Positions 40,409 to 50,741 of a stretch of DNA of 64,000 bases are shown one piece after another; positions within the stretch are counted from its first letter, which is position 1, and the number at the start of each line of letters is the position of its first letter. The DNA is taken from assembly GCA_963729605.1 (NCBI GenBank), contig CAVSNY010000006.1, positions 1 through 64,000 on the forward strand. Direction: 5' to 3'. The notes beneath the pieces are model-generated. The model was not told the DNA's origin. It was given only the letters and a program-made list of their open reading frames with translations, and searched no databases. This DNA comes from an uncultured Gammaproteobacteria bacterium. Lineage in GTDB: Bacteria; Pseudomonadota; Gammaproteobacteria; DRLM01. The translations under genes were made by a program, and so were the position numbers.

Positions 40409-41173
40409 TTATAACGTGATGATGTCGCCGCTGTTCAAGCGGTGAATACGGCGTCCGGCCAGGGCGGCCTGACATTCGGTGAAAATCGTGTCCTCTTCGC
40501 CCGGCTTGTTGTGAGTAATGTAGATCTCCGGCTGGTGGCGGAGCTTCTTGATGTCGTCGGCCAGCAGGCTGGGACAGTAATGTTTGGCCATGCGGCTGAT
40601 GGCGAGATCGGCGTTGGCGAAGGCCGTTTCCACTATTAATACATCCAAGCGGTCGTGGCCGTTCAAGCCCGCCCAGAAACTGTCGTTGGTAAAGGTGTCG
40701 CCGCTGAAGGCCAGCGCCCCGCCGGCGCAGGTCACCCGATAACCCACCGCGGGTACGGCATGGGCGACCCGGATCATCTCCCAACTCCGCCCCGCCAAGG
40801 TCACCACCTCGCCGGGGGACATGGGCGCGTATTTCATTACCGGCTGCTGGGGGGTAGGTAATTTATTAAAGTCGGGCCAGATCACCCAATTGAAGATATG
40901 CTGCTGCAGGGCCTGCAAGGTCTCGGGCAGGCCATGTACGATCAGCGGTTCCTGGCGTTCTTCGAAGATGCTGTCGAGCATGAGGGGAATGAAGGCGATG
41001 TGGTCGAGATGGGAATGGGTGAGAAAAATATGGCGTATCTTCGCCATCTCGATGAGATTCAAATCGCCTACGCCGCTGCCGGCGTCGATGAGGATGTCGT
41101 CATCCACCAGCAACGAAGTGGTGCGCAATCCGTGGCCGACGCCGCCGCTGCATCCCAGAACCCGAATTTGCAT
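40409..41173 (-). CDS. Metallo-beta-lactamase-fold, class II-like cyclic nucleotide phosphodiesterase
   Basis: RVLGCSGG, THSHLDHI, FN.VIWPDF, HAVPAVGY, FSGDT. Confidence 0.8.
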   Translation of the reverse strand: MQIRVLGCSGGVGHGLRTTSLLVDDDILIDAGSGVGDLNLIEMAKIRHIFLTHSHLDHIAFIPLMLDSIFEERQEPLIVHGLPETLQALQQHIFNWVIWPDFNKLPTPQQPVMKYAPMSPGEVVTLAGRSWEMIRVAHAVPAVGYRVTCAGGALAFSGDTFTNDSFWAGLNGHDRLDVLIVETAFANADLAISRMAKHYCPSLLADDIKKLRHQPEIYITHNKPGEEDTIFTECQAALAGRRIHRLNSGDIITL

Positions 41174-41326
41174 AGATCTCCTTAGCGACATCCTTATTTT
41201 CGCCCGCCCGACTATAACATGGGCCCATTGGCGGACGATGGCCTGATCAAGCGCTTACGGATTACCCCTTCTCTCGTCTGGCGAGGTATGCCATCATTCG
41301 CGCTGTTGCGTGACACTCATCAGTCC

Positions 41327-42133
41327 ATGACCACACTCTATATCGCCATCCCGGCCATGATTCTTTACTTCGCCGCGGGCATCAAACTCGGCCTGCGGCT
41401 CTCCAAAGGGACCCAAAACCCCGGCGCCAAACGACCTCTGTTGGCCCTCGGTTTGGTGGCTGCGGCCCTGCACGCCGCCATCCTGTACCAAAATCTCTTT
41501 TTGGTTAGCGGACTGAACCTGGGATTTTTTAATGCCTTATCGCTGCTATCGTGGCTGATCGCCCTCCTGGTGTTGCTGGCCGCCCTCACCCAGCCCCTGG
41601 AAAATCTCGGCATCGCGGTATTACCGCTCGCCGCGATCGCCCTGCTGCTGGAACAGATCTTCCCCTCGGCGCACCTGGTCAGCGGCGAAGCCGCCATCGC
41701 CTTGCGCCTGCATATCGCCATTTCCATCTTCGCCTACAGCCTGTTCAGCATCGCCGCCGTTCAGGCCATTTTGCTGGCCATTCAAGACCGCCATCTGCAC
41801 GGTAAACGCCCCGGCGGCTACATCCGCGCCCTGCCGCCGCTGGAAACCATGGAAACCCTGTTATTCCAATTGATCGGCATCGGCTTCATTCTGCAGAGCC
41901 TGTCGCTGCTGACCGGCATCTTGTATTTGGAGGACATGTTCGCCCAGCATCTGGTCCACAAGACGGTGTTCTCCATCATTGCCTGGGTGATTTTCGCGAT
42001 TTTGCTGCTGGGCCGCTGGCGTTCGGGCTGGCGCGGACGCGTCGCCATCCGCTGGACCCTGGGCGGATTCACCGCGTTGCTGCTCGCTTATCTCGGCAGC
42101 AAGTGGGTCTTGGAAATCGTGCTCAACCGTTGA
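41327..42133 (+). CDS. Cytochrome c assembly family inner membrane protein (YpjD-like)
   Basis: LPPL.TME.LLF, HKTV.S, GWRG, LAY.GSK; usual ffh-ypjD-yfjD synteny. Confidence 0.9.
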   Translation: MTTLYIAIPAMILYFAAGIKLGLRLSKGTQNPGAKRPLLALGLVAAALHAAILYQNLFLVSGLNLGFFNALSLLSWLIALLVLLAALTQPLENLGIAVLPLAAIALLLEQIFPSAHLVSGEAAIALRLHIAISIFAYSLFSIAAVQAILLAIQDRHLHGKRPGGYIRALPPLETMETLLFQLIGIGFILQSLSLLTGILYLEDMFAQHLVHKTVFSIIAWVIFAILLLGRWRSGWRGRVAIRWTLGGFTALLLAYLGSKWVLEIVLNR

Positions 42134-42222
42134 TGAACGCGTGGACGGCGGGCACAGCGGTTCGGGTCGGCCTCCCCAGCGGACAGCGGACTTTTTTATC
42201 ACGGAAACTGCGCTGACAGACC

Positions 42223-43503
42223 ATGGAAGATATTCCGCTAAGCGTCCTGTTCACCGCGCTGATCGTGATGATGATGCTCTCGGCCTTCTTTTCCGCGTCG
42301 GAAACGGCCATGATGAGCATCAATCGTTACCGTCTGCGCCATCTCGCCAAATCCAAACATCGCGGCGCCATGCTGACCAGCGCCCTCTTGGCGCGCCCCG
42401 ACCGGCTCATCGGCCTCATCCTGCTGGGCAACAACTTCGTCAACATCGCCGCCTCGGCCTTGGCGACCTTGATCGGCCTGCGCCTGATGGGAGAACCCGG
42501 TATCGCGGTAGCCACCGGCCTGCTCACCATCCTCATCCTGATCTTCGGCGAAGTCACGCCGAAGACCCTGGCCGTGTTGCATCCGGAGCGCATCGCGCTG
42601 CCGGTAGCTTATATCCTTACCCCGCTATTAAGGCTGCTGTATCCCATCGTCTGGCTCACCAACGGCATCGCCAATTCGCTGCTGAAGGTGTTCGGCGTAT
42701 CGCCCAAGGAGCCGGCCATGAACCAGCTCAGCCGCGACGAACTGCGCAGCGTGGTCAATGAAGCGGGGGCGCTCATCCCGCGCCGCCATCAACGCATGCT
42801 GCTCAGCATCCTCGATCTGGAAAATGTCACGGTCGAAGACATCATGGTCCCGCGCAACGAGATCATCGGCATCGATATCGACGGCGATCTCGACGATGCC
42901 ATGCGCCTGCTCACCACCAGCCAGCATACCCGGCTGCCGGTCTACCGCGAGAACATCGACAACGTGGTGGGCATCATCCATCTGCGCAACGCCCTGCATC
43001 TGGTGGCCCAAGGCAAACTCACCCGGGAAGCCTTGAATCAGATCGCCCGCGAAGCCTACTTCGTACCGGAAGGCACGCCCCTCAATACCCAACTCTTGAA
43101 TTTCCAGCGGCAAAAACGCCGCATCGGCCTGGTGGTCGACGAATACGGCGACATCCTCGGCCTGGTGACGCTTGAGGATATCCTCGAAGAAATCGTCGGC
43201 GAATTCACCTCCGACGCCGCGGCCACCGTGCGCGAAGTCCACCCGCAGGATGACGGCAGTTTTCTGATCGACGGCAGCGCCAATATCCGCGAATTGAATA
43301 GGCTGATGGAATGGCAGTTGCCGACCGACGGTCCGAAAACCTTCAACGGCCTCATCATCGAACACTTGGAATCGATCCCCGAAACGGGCACCAGCATCAT
43401 GATCGCGGGCTACCCCATCGAGGTCGTCCAAACCAGCGCCAGCACGATCAAGACCGCGAAAATTTATCCCGCGTTACGCCGCGTCACATCGGAAGAGCAA
43501 TAG
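42223..43503 (+). CDS. HlyC/CorC (CNNM-CBS) transporter, YfjD-like
   Basis: SAFFS.SETA, LGNN.VNI, FGE.TPKT, VVDEYG...G.VT.ED.LEEIVG. Confidence 0.95.
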   Translation: MEDIPLSVLFTALIVMMMLSAFFSASETAMMSINRYRLRHLAKSKHRGAMLTSALLARPDRLIGLILLGNNFVNIAASALATLIGLRLMGEPGIAVATGLLTILILIFGEVTPKTLAVLHPERIALPVAYILTPLLRLLYPIVWLTNGIANSLLKVFGVSPKEPAMNQLSRDELRSVVNEAGALIPRRHQRMLLSILDLENVTVEDIMVPRNEIIGIDIDGDLDDAMRLLTTSQHTRLPVYRENIDNVVGIIHLRNALHLVAQGKLTREALNQIAREAYFVPEGTPLNTQLLNFQRQKRRIGLVVDEYGDILGLVTLEDILEEIVGEFTSDAAATVREVHPQDDGSFLIDGSANIRELNRLMEWQLPTDGPKTFNGLIIEHLESIPETGTSIMIAGYPIEVVQTSASTIKTAKIYPALRRVTSEEQ

Positions 43504-43523
43504 ACCTTAACGGCCGACGCGGA

Positions 43524-44672
43524 TCAACCGGCGGCGCGGAGTACCTTGTCCTTGACGTTTTTCTTCTTGGCAGGCTTGGCCACGGCATCGACCGTCTTTT
43601 TTTCCTTCGGCTCTTTTTCACCCTTCTTGGCCGCGGCCCCGGCTTTCTTCACGTCGTGGGCGTTGACGAAACGATTGCGCCCCGTGTGTTTGGCCTCATA
43701 CAAGGCCTCGTCCGCCGCGACGATCAACATCGACGGTAAAATCCCCTCGCGCGGAATAATGCTCGCCACCCCCATGCTGATGGTGACATAGTCCGCCGCC
43801 GATGAATGCGCGTGGTGAATGCCGAGCTTCTCCACGGCTTGGCGGATTTTCTCGGCGACGATCTCGGCGCCGTCGGGATCGGTATCGGGCAGAATGATCG
43901 CGAATTCTTCGCCGCCGTAACGCGCCGCCAAATCGCCGGGGCGATTGGTGCCCTGATCGATGGCTTGCGCCACGCGCCGCAGCACGTCGTCGCCGCCCTG
44001 GTGTCCGTAGTTATCGTTATAGGTTTTGAAGTGGTCGATATCTATCAGTATGAGCGACACCACCTTGTTACCGCGCGCCGCGCGCATCCATTCTTGATCC
44101 AGATATTCATCGAAACGGCGGCGATTGGCGATGCCGGTCAAGCCGTCGAGGCTGGTCAATCTCTGCAATTCCTTATTGGTCTTCTCCAGTTCGATCTGCA
44201 TATCGTGCAAGGCCCGATAGGCCTCGTCGCGCTGCAACTGGGCCAGATAACTGCGGGTATGGGCGCGCACCCGGGCGATCAATTCGATCTTGTCGGGGAT
44301 TTTGACCAGATAATCGCTGGCCTGCAGCTCGAAGGCCTCGCTTTTGATCTTGGGGTCTTCCTTGGAAGACATCACGATGATCGGGATATTTTTGGTCTCG
44401 GGATTGGCGCGGAAGAAACGCAACAACATCATGCCGTCGATGTCGGGCATGACCAAATCCTGCAGGATCACGGTGGGCTGGAATTCCACCGCCTCGGCGA
44501 TGGCCCGCGCCGGATCGGTGCAGTAGTGATATTCGAGGTTTTCCTCGGTCACCAGCATGCGCCGGATCGCCTCGGCGACGATAGGCTGATCGTCCACCAA
44601 CAGTACCCGGGTCATGGTGAACGACGCCTCGTTGGGGGCATCGTCATTCTGGATGATTTTATCCTTGCTCAT
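43524..44672 (-). CDS. wspR: REC-GGEEF diguanylate cyclase, WspR-like
   Basis: LLVDDQ..AEA.RR, PTVILQDLVMP, RPGD I-site plus RYGGEEF. Confidence 0.92.
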   Translation of the reverse strand: MSKDKIIQNDDAPNEASFTMTRVLLVDDQPIVAEAIRRMLVTEENLEYHYCTDPARAIAEAVEFQPTVILQDLVMPDIDGMMLLRFFRANPETKNIPIIVMSSKEDPKIKSEAFELQASDYLVKIPDKIELIARVRAHTRSYLAQLQRDEAYRALHDMQIELEKTNKELQRLTSLDGLTGIANRRRFDEYLDQEWMRAARGNKVVSLILIDIDHFKTYNDNYGHQGGDDVLRRVAQAIDQGTNRPGDLAARYGGEEFAIILPDTDPDGAEIVAEKIRQAVEKLGIHHAHSSAADYVTISMGVASIIPREGILPSMLIVAADEALYEAKHTGRNRFVNAHDVKKAGAAAKKGEKEPKEKKTVDAVAKPAKKKNVKDKVLRAAG

Positions 44673-45715
44673 AATATGACGCCTCTTTTCCCTTTATCGG
44701 CGGTGCCTGGGAAAACCTTCAACAACGCCTGGGCGATATCGCCCACCGGCAACACTTCCACCGCCGCCTTGAGCTGCACGGCCGTTTTAGGCATGCCGTA
44801 CACCGCGCAGGTCGATTCGTGTTCCGCGATAGTATGATGTCCCCGCTCGCGCAGCCGCAGCAGCCCCATGCCACCGTCGCGCCCCATACCGGTCAGCAGG
44901 ACCCCGACCACTCCGCCCCGCCAATAGTTGGCGACACTTTCAAAAAACACATCCACCGACGGTCGATACACCAAGTCGCGCGGCACCGCGGTATACGTGA
45001 GGCGCAACATATCGGTCAAGACCAGATGATCGTTGGTCCCCGCCAACAGCACGGTGCCGACCGCGGGCCGGTCGCCATCGCGAGCCAGGCGCACCGGGAG
45101 CGCGCATTGCGCGTTCAACCATTCGGCCAATTCACCCGCGAATTGCGCATCGACGTGTTGGATGATCACGACCGCGCCGGGAAAATCGGCGGGCAGTCGC
45201 GACAATATCGTCGCCAAGGCCTTGGGACCGCCGGTAGACGAACCGATGGCGAGCAGTTTTATTCCACTCGATGCGCCGACCACCTTTTCACCGACCGAAC
45301 CGTATGAACGGCGGACCGTGGTAGTCCTGGTCAATTTTTCAATGGTCGATATCTTGGCCAGCAAACCCGCCGCACCCTGCTCGCCTTCCTGGGCGAGTAT
45401 CGGGGTGCGCACCGCATCCAAGGCACCGGCGCCCATGGCCTCGAACACCAGGGACGCGTTGCCGCCGACCGAACTGGTCACCACCAAAATCGGGCACGGG
45501 GTATTGATCATGATTTGCCGGGTGGTTTCCGCGCCGTTCATCACCGGCATGATCAAATCCATCAAGATCAAATCCGGCCGATCCTCGGCGCAACGCTTGA
45601 CCGCCTCAGCGCCGTCGCGCGCGACCCAGGCGACTTGATGCTGACCGGCGCTGTTCACCACCCGCCGCAAACTCTCCACCGCAAGCGTCATGTCGTTGAC
45701 AATGGCTATCCTCAC
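44669..45715 (-). CDS. wspF: CheB-type methylesterase, WspF
   Basis: MRIAIVND, GSSTGGP, QHVD..F, LTGMGRDG. Confidence 0.93.
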   Translation of the reverse strand: MRIAIVNDMTLAVESLRRVVNSAGQHQVAWVARDGAEAVKRCAEDRPDLILMDLIMPVMNGAETTRQIMINTPCPILVVTSSVGGNASLVFEAMGAGALDAVRTPILAQEGEQGAAGLLAKISTIEKLTRTTTVRRSYGSVGEKVVGASSGIKLLAIGSSTGGPKALATILSRLPADFPGAVVIIQHVDAQFAGELAEWLNAQCALPVRLARDGDRPAVGTVLLAGTNDHLVLTDMLRLTYTAVPRDLVYRPSVDVFFESVANYWRGGVVGVLLTGMGRDGGMGLLRLRERGHHTIAEHESTCAVYGMPKTAVQLKAAVEVLPVGDIAQALLKVFPGTADKGKRGVIL

Positions 45716-48669
45716 GCCGCTACACCTATCAAATCGATTACTGCTTCCCTGAGCGTTTCATCGTGAAAACTGCCCTTGGTCAGGTAATAATTGGCGCCTG
45801 CCTCCAGGCCGCGATAACGGTCCTCTTCGCGATCCTTGTAAGAAACGATCATCACCGGCATATCTCTATATTTGTCGTCCTGACGGATCATTCTCACCAA
45901 CTCAATACCGTCCATCCGCGGCATATCGATATCGCTGATCACCAGATCGTAGTTCCCTTCGCGCAAGGCATTCCAGCCGTCCATGCCGTCCACCGCCACG
46001 TCCACCAAATAACCCGACGCGGTCAGCAATTTGCGCTCTACCTCGCGCACCGTGATCGAATCGTCGACGACCAGAATCCGCTTCTTCTTGACCTGTTCGT
46101 CTTTCTGTTGAGGATCGCCGACCCGGTTGAGACGGCCGACGGTTACGATCTTTTCTATCGAGCGCAACATGTCATCGACATCGACCACCAGCAACGGCGC
46201 GCCGTTCTCCATCAAGGCGGCCGAACTGATATCTTTAATTTTCCCCAATTGCGGCGGCAGGACATGCACGACCAAATCCCGTTCGCCGAGAAACTTATCC
46301 ACCACCAGCCCATAGGAATTCTTGCGTTCGCCCAGCACCACGACCGGCAATTCGTCGCGTTGCGAGTTCACTTCATTAAAACCGAAGACCTGGTACGCCG
46401 ACACCAGGCCGACGTGATGGTCTTCAACGCTGATGTATTGATGGCCTTCGACCTCGCGCAGCGATTGTTTGGGAACATGCATGATCCGTTCGATGCGCGC
46501 CAGGGGAAAGGCATAAGGTTCATCGGCGATTTCCACCAATAGTGCCGGCAACACCGACAGCGTCAAGGGCAATTGCAATTGGAAACGGGTACCGCTGCCC
46601 AATTGCGAGGTGGCGCGCACCATGCCACGCATTTCCTGAACCACATCGTGGACCACGTCCAAGCCGACTCCGCGACCGGATATTTCCGTCACTTCATCCT
46701 TGGTACTGAAACTCGGCAGGAATAAAAATTCCATCAGCTCCGCTTCACTGAGGTTGGCCGACATCTCCTCGGTGACCAGTTTGCGCTCGACCACTTTTTT
46801 GCGGAGCCGCTCGGTATCCACACCGCGCCCATCGTCTTCCACCACCACCGAAAGCATGCCCGATTGATGATAGGCCGAGAGCCGAATGGTGCCGCGCGCC
46901 GGTTTGCCGGCCGCTTCGCGCTGCTCGGCCGGCTCAATCCCGTGATCCATGGAATTGCGCAGCAGGTGGTTGAGCGGCGCCTCGATCTTCTCGAGGATGT
47001 CGCGATCGACCATGGTCGCCTGGCCGTCGATCTGCAATTGCACTTGTTTTCCGAGCTGGCGGGCCAGATCGCGGATCATGCGCGGGAAACCCTGCACGCC
47101 GTCGCCGAACGGCCGCATCCGGCTGGTTACCACTTCGCGGCGCAAACGGCTCGATAAATTCACGGCGCGGCGGTCATACGACTCCAATTCCGCCAAACGG
47201 TCCGCCAAAATTTGCCGGCACTCCGCCGCCCTGCCTTGTGCGTCCCGCAACATCCGCCTTAATTTATCGCGATCCAGATTTTCATCGAGCTGCTCACGCA
47301 AGCCGTCGAGCAAGGTAACGATTTCAGCCTGGCGGCGTTTCAGCCGCAACATACTTTCCGCGTAAGGCCGCAACCAACGCGCCTCCACCATGGATTCGCC
47401 GGCCAAGCCCATCAAACGATTAAGCTGTTCGGCGCTGATGCGCAGCACCCGATCGGCGGCAAGCGCGGCGACGTTCTTTTCCTTTTCCTTTTCCTTTTTA
47501 ATGGGCTCGATCGGGGCTTGTTTGGATTTAATCTCCTGGATTTTTTGGGCGGCGGGCGCCTCCATCTCGTCACGGTTATCGTCCAGGGTTTTTTCCGTGG
47601 GTAATTCCGAATCCATCACCTGTTTAACGGAGGGGCGGTGTCCCGCCAATACAGCCGACAAGGCTTCCAGCAATTGATTATAGGTCTCCTGCTGCATTTC
47701 GCTGAGCGCGGAATCAGGGTGCTCGGTAAGCTGGCCGATGGCGCACAACATATCGTTCGATTTAAGCAGCACATCGATGTCATCGGGCGATAAACGCAGC
47801 TTTCCACTTTGCGCGGCGACCAGACAATCTTCCATGCGATGGGCGAGGCCCACCGCCAAATTGACACCGACCAACCGCGCCGCGCCTTTAATGGAATGGG
47901 CGGCGCGCATCAAGGGTTCAATTCGCTCCGGGGAAATTGGATCTTCTTCCAATTGCAATAAACCGTCGGTCAAGACCTGGCCTTGTTGATCCACTTCGAG
48001 ACGGAACAACTCCATCATGGAAGGATCGGTCAGACTGCCGACCGAATATATCTCGGCCGGCAAGGCCGCGGGGTGCTCTTCACTGGACGGGGCCGTCGTT
48101 TTACGCGAGGCGGTTTTCTTAACACCCTTCTTCGCCGGCTGGCGGCCCTCCGCTAAAATTTTTTCATCGGCACCGGGTTGGTTAGGCGAATTCATACCGC
48201 CGGATTTCTCCGGCGGCGGGGTGCCCACCGGCTTTTCTTTTGATTTTTTGTCAACCGCGATTACTTCTTCCAGCGCTTTTTCCAGATTCGATAACTCGGT
48301 TTGCCGTATCTGCGGCAACTCCACCGTTTCGTCATGAGTAAGATCGGAAATCAGCGTCAACATATCGACGCCTTTCAAAAGCAAGTCGATATCATCGGCG
48401 GTCAGAGACAGTTTTCCGCCCTGCGCGGCAACCAGACAATCTTCCATCTTATGCGCCAAACCGACCGCATATGACAAACCCACCAAACGCGCCGCGCCTT
48501 TAATCGAGTGCGCCGCTCGCATCAAAGGCTCTATTTTTTCAGAGGATCCCGGATCTTCCTCCAAGCGCAAAAGACCTTCGGTCAATACCGCGGCGTGCTG
48601 TTCAACCTCCAGGCGGAATAACTCGAGCATCGATGCGTCGGCAAGATTCTTCGGCTCTTTTTTGCTCAT
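45712..48669 (-). CDS. wspE: Hybrid CheA-REC kinase, WspE-like, with two HPt domains
   Basis: Two copies of MRAAHSIKGAARLVG; HATPase SGRGVGLD; CheW domain; C-terminal LVVDDS.TVRE. Confidence 0.93.
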   Translation of the reverse strand: MSKKEPKNLADASMLELFRLEVEQHAAVLTEGLLRLEEDPGSSEKIEPLMRAAHSIKGAARLVGLSYAVGLAHKMEDCLVAAQGGKLSLTADDIDLLLKGVDMLTLISDLTHDETVELPQIRQTELSNLEKALEEVIAVDKKSKEKPVGTPPPEKSGGMNSPNQPGADEKILAEGRQPAKKGVKKTASRKTTAPSSEEHPAALPAEIYSVGSLTDPSMMELFRLEVDQQGQVLTDGLLQLEEDPISPERIEPLMRAAHSIKGAARLVGVNLAVGLAHRMEDCLVAAQSGKLRLSPDDIDVLLKSNDMLCAIGQLTEHPDSALSEMQQETYNQLLEALSAVLAGHRPSVKQVMDSELPTEKTLDDNRDEMEAPAAQKIQEIKSKQAPIEPIKKEKEKEKNVAALAADRVLRISAEQLNRLMGLAGESMVEARWLRPYAESMLRLKRRQAEIVTLLDGLREQLDENLDRDKLRRMLRDAQGRAAECRQILADRLAELESYDRRAVNLSSRLRREVVTSRMRPFGDGVQGFPRMIRDLARQLGKQVQLQIDGQATMVDRDILEKIEAPLNHLLRNSMDHGIEPAEQREAAGKPARGTIRLSAYHQSGMLSVVVEDDGRGVDTERLRKKVVERKLVTEEMSANLSEAELMEFLFLPSFSTKDEVTEISGRGVGLDVVHDVVQEMRGMVRATSQLGSGTRFQLQLPLTLSVLPALLVEIADEPYAFPLARIERIMHVPKQSLREVEGHQYISVEDHHVGLVSAYQVFGFNEVNSQRDELPVVVLGERKNSYGLVVDKFLGERDLVVHVLPPQLGKIKDISSAALMENGAPLLVVDVDDMLRSIEKIVTVGRLNRVGDPQQKDEQVKKKRILVVDDSITVREVERKLLTASGYLVDVAVDGMDGWNALREGNYDLVISDIDMPRMDGIELVRMIRQDDKYRDMPVMIVSYKDREEDRYRGLEAGANYYLTKGSFHDETLREAVIDLIGVAA

Positions 48670-49370
48670 GTCATCACCCTCTTGAGGGCGGAGAATAATA
48701 ATTTCTCATCCAGGCAACCGACATGCTTATCTCCGAGATCCAACATGCCTTTCATGTAGTTTGTCGCGCTGTGTTCCGCGGTCGCAGGCACATTCTGCAA
48801 ATCAATAGAACCGTAACGATAGATACCTTTCACCTCGCTGACGGGAAACACGTATCTATTTTCCTTATCCGAGAACACCACCAAACGCGCATAAATCCCC
48901 TGCGTGGCATCGTCGCTGGAAACGGCCCTTTTATCCACGCCCAGCAAACGGCCCAGTGAAACGCACAGCTGTAATTCGCCGCGAATATTGACCAGTCCTT
49001 TGAGGACGCTGCTCTTGGCATGGGGGACGCGATGGACTACGCGCATATCCACCACCTCCTGGAACAGGCGGGCCGGCAGCGCCAGCCACTCTTCGGCGAT
49101 CCGGAACACGACGACCGATAGCGAGTTTTGATCTTTTTTCTTTTTGATCTGCTTAAGCTGCTCGGTCCAGGTTTTTATATATTCCGGATCCGCCGCCCTA
49201 TCCAGGAGCAAACGGCCGCTGCTCGAATAGACCTTGCAATTGGCGCAGTGAATGACTTTATCCAACTCGGGACAACGCGGTTTTTCATTGCCCCACACGC
49301 CGATCCGATTCCAACAATCGTTGATGACGATACCGTCCGCCGGCTTGACGTTTTCCTTGACATTACTCAT
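48666..49370 (-). CDS. wspD: CheW-type adaptor, WspD
   Basis: DCWNRIGVWG...CPEL...HC.NC.VY N-terminus plus CheW domain. Confidence 0.92.
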   Translation of the reverse strand: MSNVKENVKPADGIVINDCWNRIGVWGNEKPRCPELDKVIHCANCKVYSSSGRLLLDRAADPEYIKTWTEQLKQIKKKKDQNSLSVVVFRIAEEWLALPARLFQEVVDMRVVHRVPHAKSSVLKGLVNIRGELQLCVSLGRLLGVDKRAVSSDDATQGIYARLVVFSDKENRYVFPVSEVKGIYRYGSIDLQNVPATAEHSATNYMKGMLDLGDKHVGCLDEKLLFSALKRVMT

Positions 49371-49418
49371 GGTCCATTCCTCTATGCATCGCCGCATCTC
49401 TCACGTCATGATTCATCA

Positions 49419-50741
49419 CTATTTATCTTTTTCCATGACGCGAGACGCCCGCGAACGATAAACGGCGGCCGCGGCCCAATTTCCCAGCAATTCAGCCTGC
49501 GTGGCAAGGTGCACCAAGGCCTGGTAGTGGCGAGGATCCAAGTACACCGCTTTGCGAAACAATTCGCCGGCGGAAGAATCTTTTCCCTCCGCCTGTCTAA
49601 TCAAACCCAGTAAATAATAACCCTCCGCGGAAACACTGTTTCTGGCCAAGAACTTTTCACAAAACTCCGCCGCCTCCGTCAATTCGCCTTTATCCGCCAG
49701 CCTTCTCACTTCCTTCAAATCCGCATCGTCATCGTTATGGCTCGGCGATAATCTACCGGGGAAATGGCCCGGCGGCCTGGCGTTGTGGGCCGATCCCGCT
49801 TCCAGCGCCGATGTCTCGCCGGAAAAAACCTTTTTTTCCACGACATGGTTATTAGTCGGTTTTTGCTGAAGCGGCTTGGCGGAGGATTCGCGTTTTTTCA
49901 GCGGAGCACCGGCCGTGTCCGCCGACGGGACGGCTTCGTGATCGGCCGGCGATCTTTTACGGAAGGCGAAGGTTCCCGATTGCTTCATGGATAAGAAGAG
50001 GTCGTTAGGCAGCCTGGCACCCTCGGCATGACCGACGAATAACAAGCCATTTTTCGCCAGCACCCGATGCAATTTATCCACGGCCTCTTCTTGTTGGTCG
50101 CGCCTGAAATAAATCAGGACATTCCTGCAAAAAATCACATCGTACAGCTCCGAACTCGGCAGATATTTCGGGTTCAATAAATTCTCGTGCTGTAAATTAA
50201 CCATCTTTTTAATGGCATCGTTCAGCACGTAACCTTCCTCGGTCTTATTGAAATACCGGGAGCGGTAATTGCCTTCATCGCCCCTAAAAGAATTCGGACC
50301 GTAAACCGCGCGCCGCGCCCGATTAAGCGCGCGAACGCTGATGTCTACCGCATCGACCCGCACCGTCTCGGCGCTGAACCCCATGTCTTTTAACGCCATG
50401 GCAATCGAATAAGGTTCCTCGCCGGTCGCGCAAGGGATGCTTAATATTCTCAACACTTTTTCACGGGACGGAGGAAACCATTCGCGGCGCACCACTTCGG
50501 TCAACAAGCGAAAGGGATCCCGATCCCTGAAAAACCAGGTTTCCGGTACCGTGACGGCGTCGATCAATTCTTGGAGCTCAACCGGATCTTTTTTGACCTT
50601 GGCGAAATAATCCTCGGCCCGCTCCACGCCCACTTCATCCATGCGCTGGCGAACGATCCTCTGCACGGTGTTGTTGCCGATGGACTCGCTGTCGAGGCCC
50701 ATCGCTTCCAACAGAAGATTTTCTATAGCGCTGATATTCAT
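49419..50741 (-). CDS. wspC: CheR methyltransferase with TPR, WspC
   Basis: VPETWFFRD, PCATGEEPYSIAM, FCRNVLIYF, RKAVYLDP.H. Confidence 0.93.
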   Translation of the reverse strand: MNISAIENLLLEAMGLDSESIGNNTVQRIVRQRMDEVGVERAEDYFAKVKKDPVELQELIDAVTVPETWFFRDRDPFRLLTEVVRREWFPPSREKVLRILSIPCATGEEPYSIAMALKDMGFSAETVRVDAVDISVRALNRARRAVYGPNSFRGDEGNYRSRYFNKTEEGYVLNDAIKKMVNLQHENLLNPKYLPSSELYDVIFCRNVLIYFRRDQQEEAVDKLHRVLAKNGLLFVGHAEGARLPNDLFLSMKQSGTFAFRKRSPADHEAVPSADTAGAPLKKRESSAKPLQQKPTNNHVVEKKVFSGETSALEAGSAHNARPPGHFPGRLSPSHNDDDADLKEVRRLADKGELTEAAEFCEKFLARNSVSAEGYYLLGLIRQAEGKDSSAGELFRKAVYLDPRHYQALVHLATQAELLGNWAAAAVYRSRASRVMEKDK

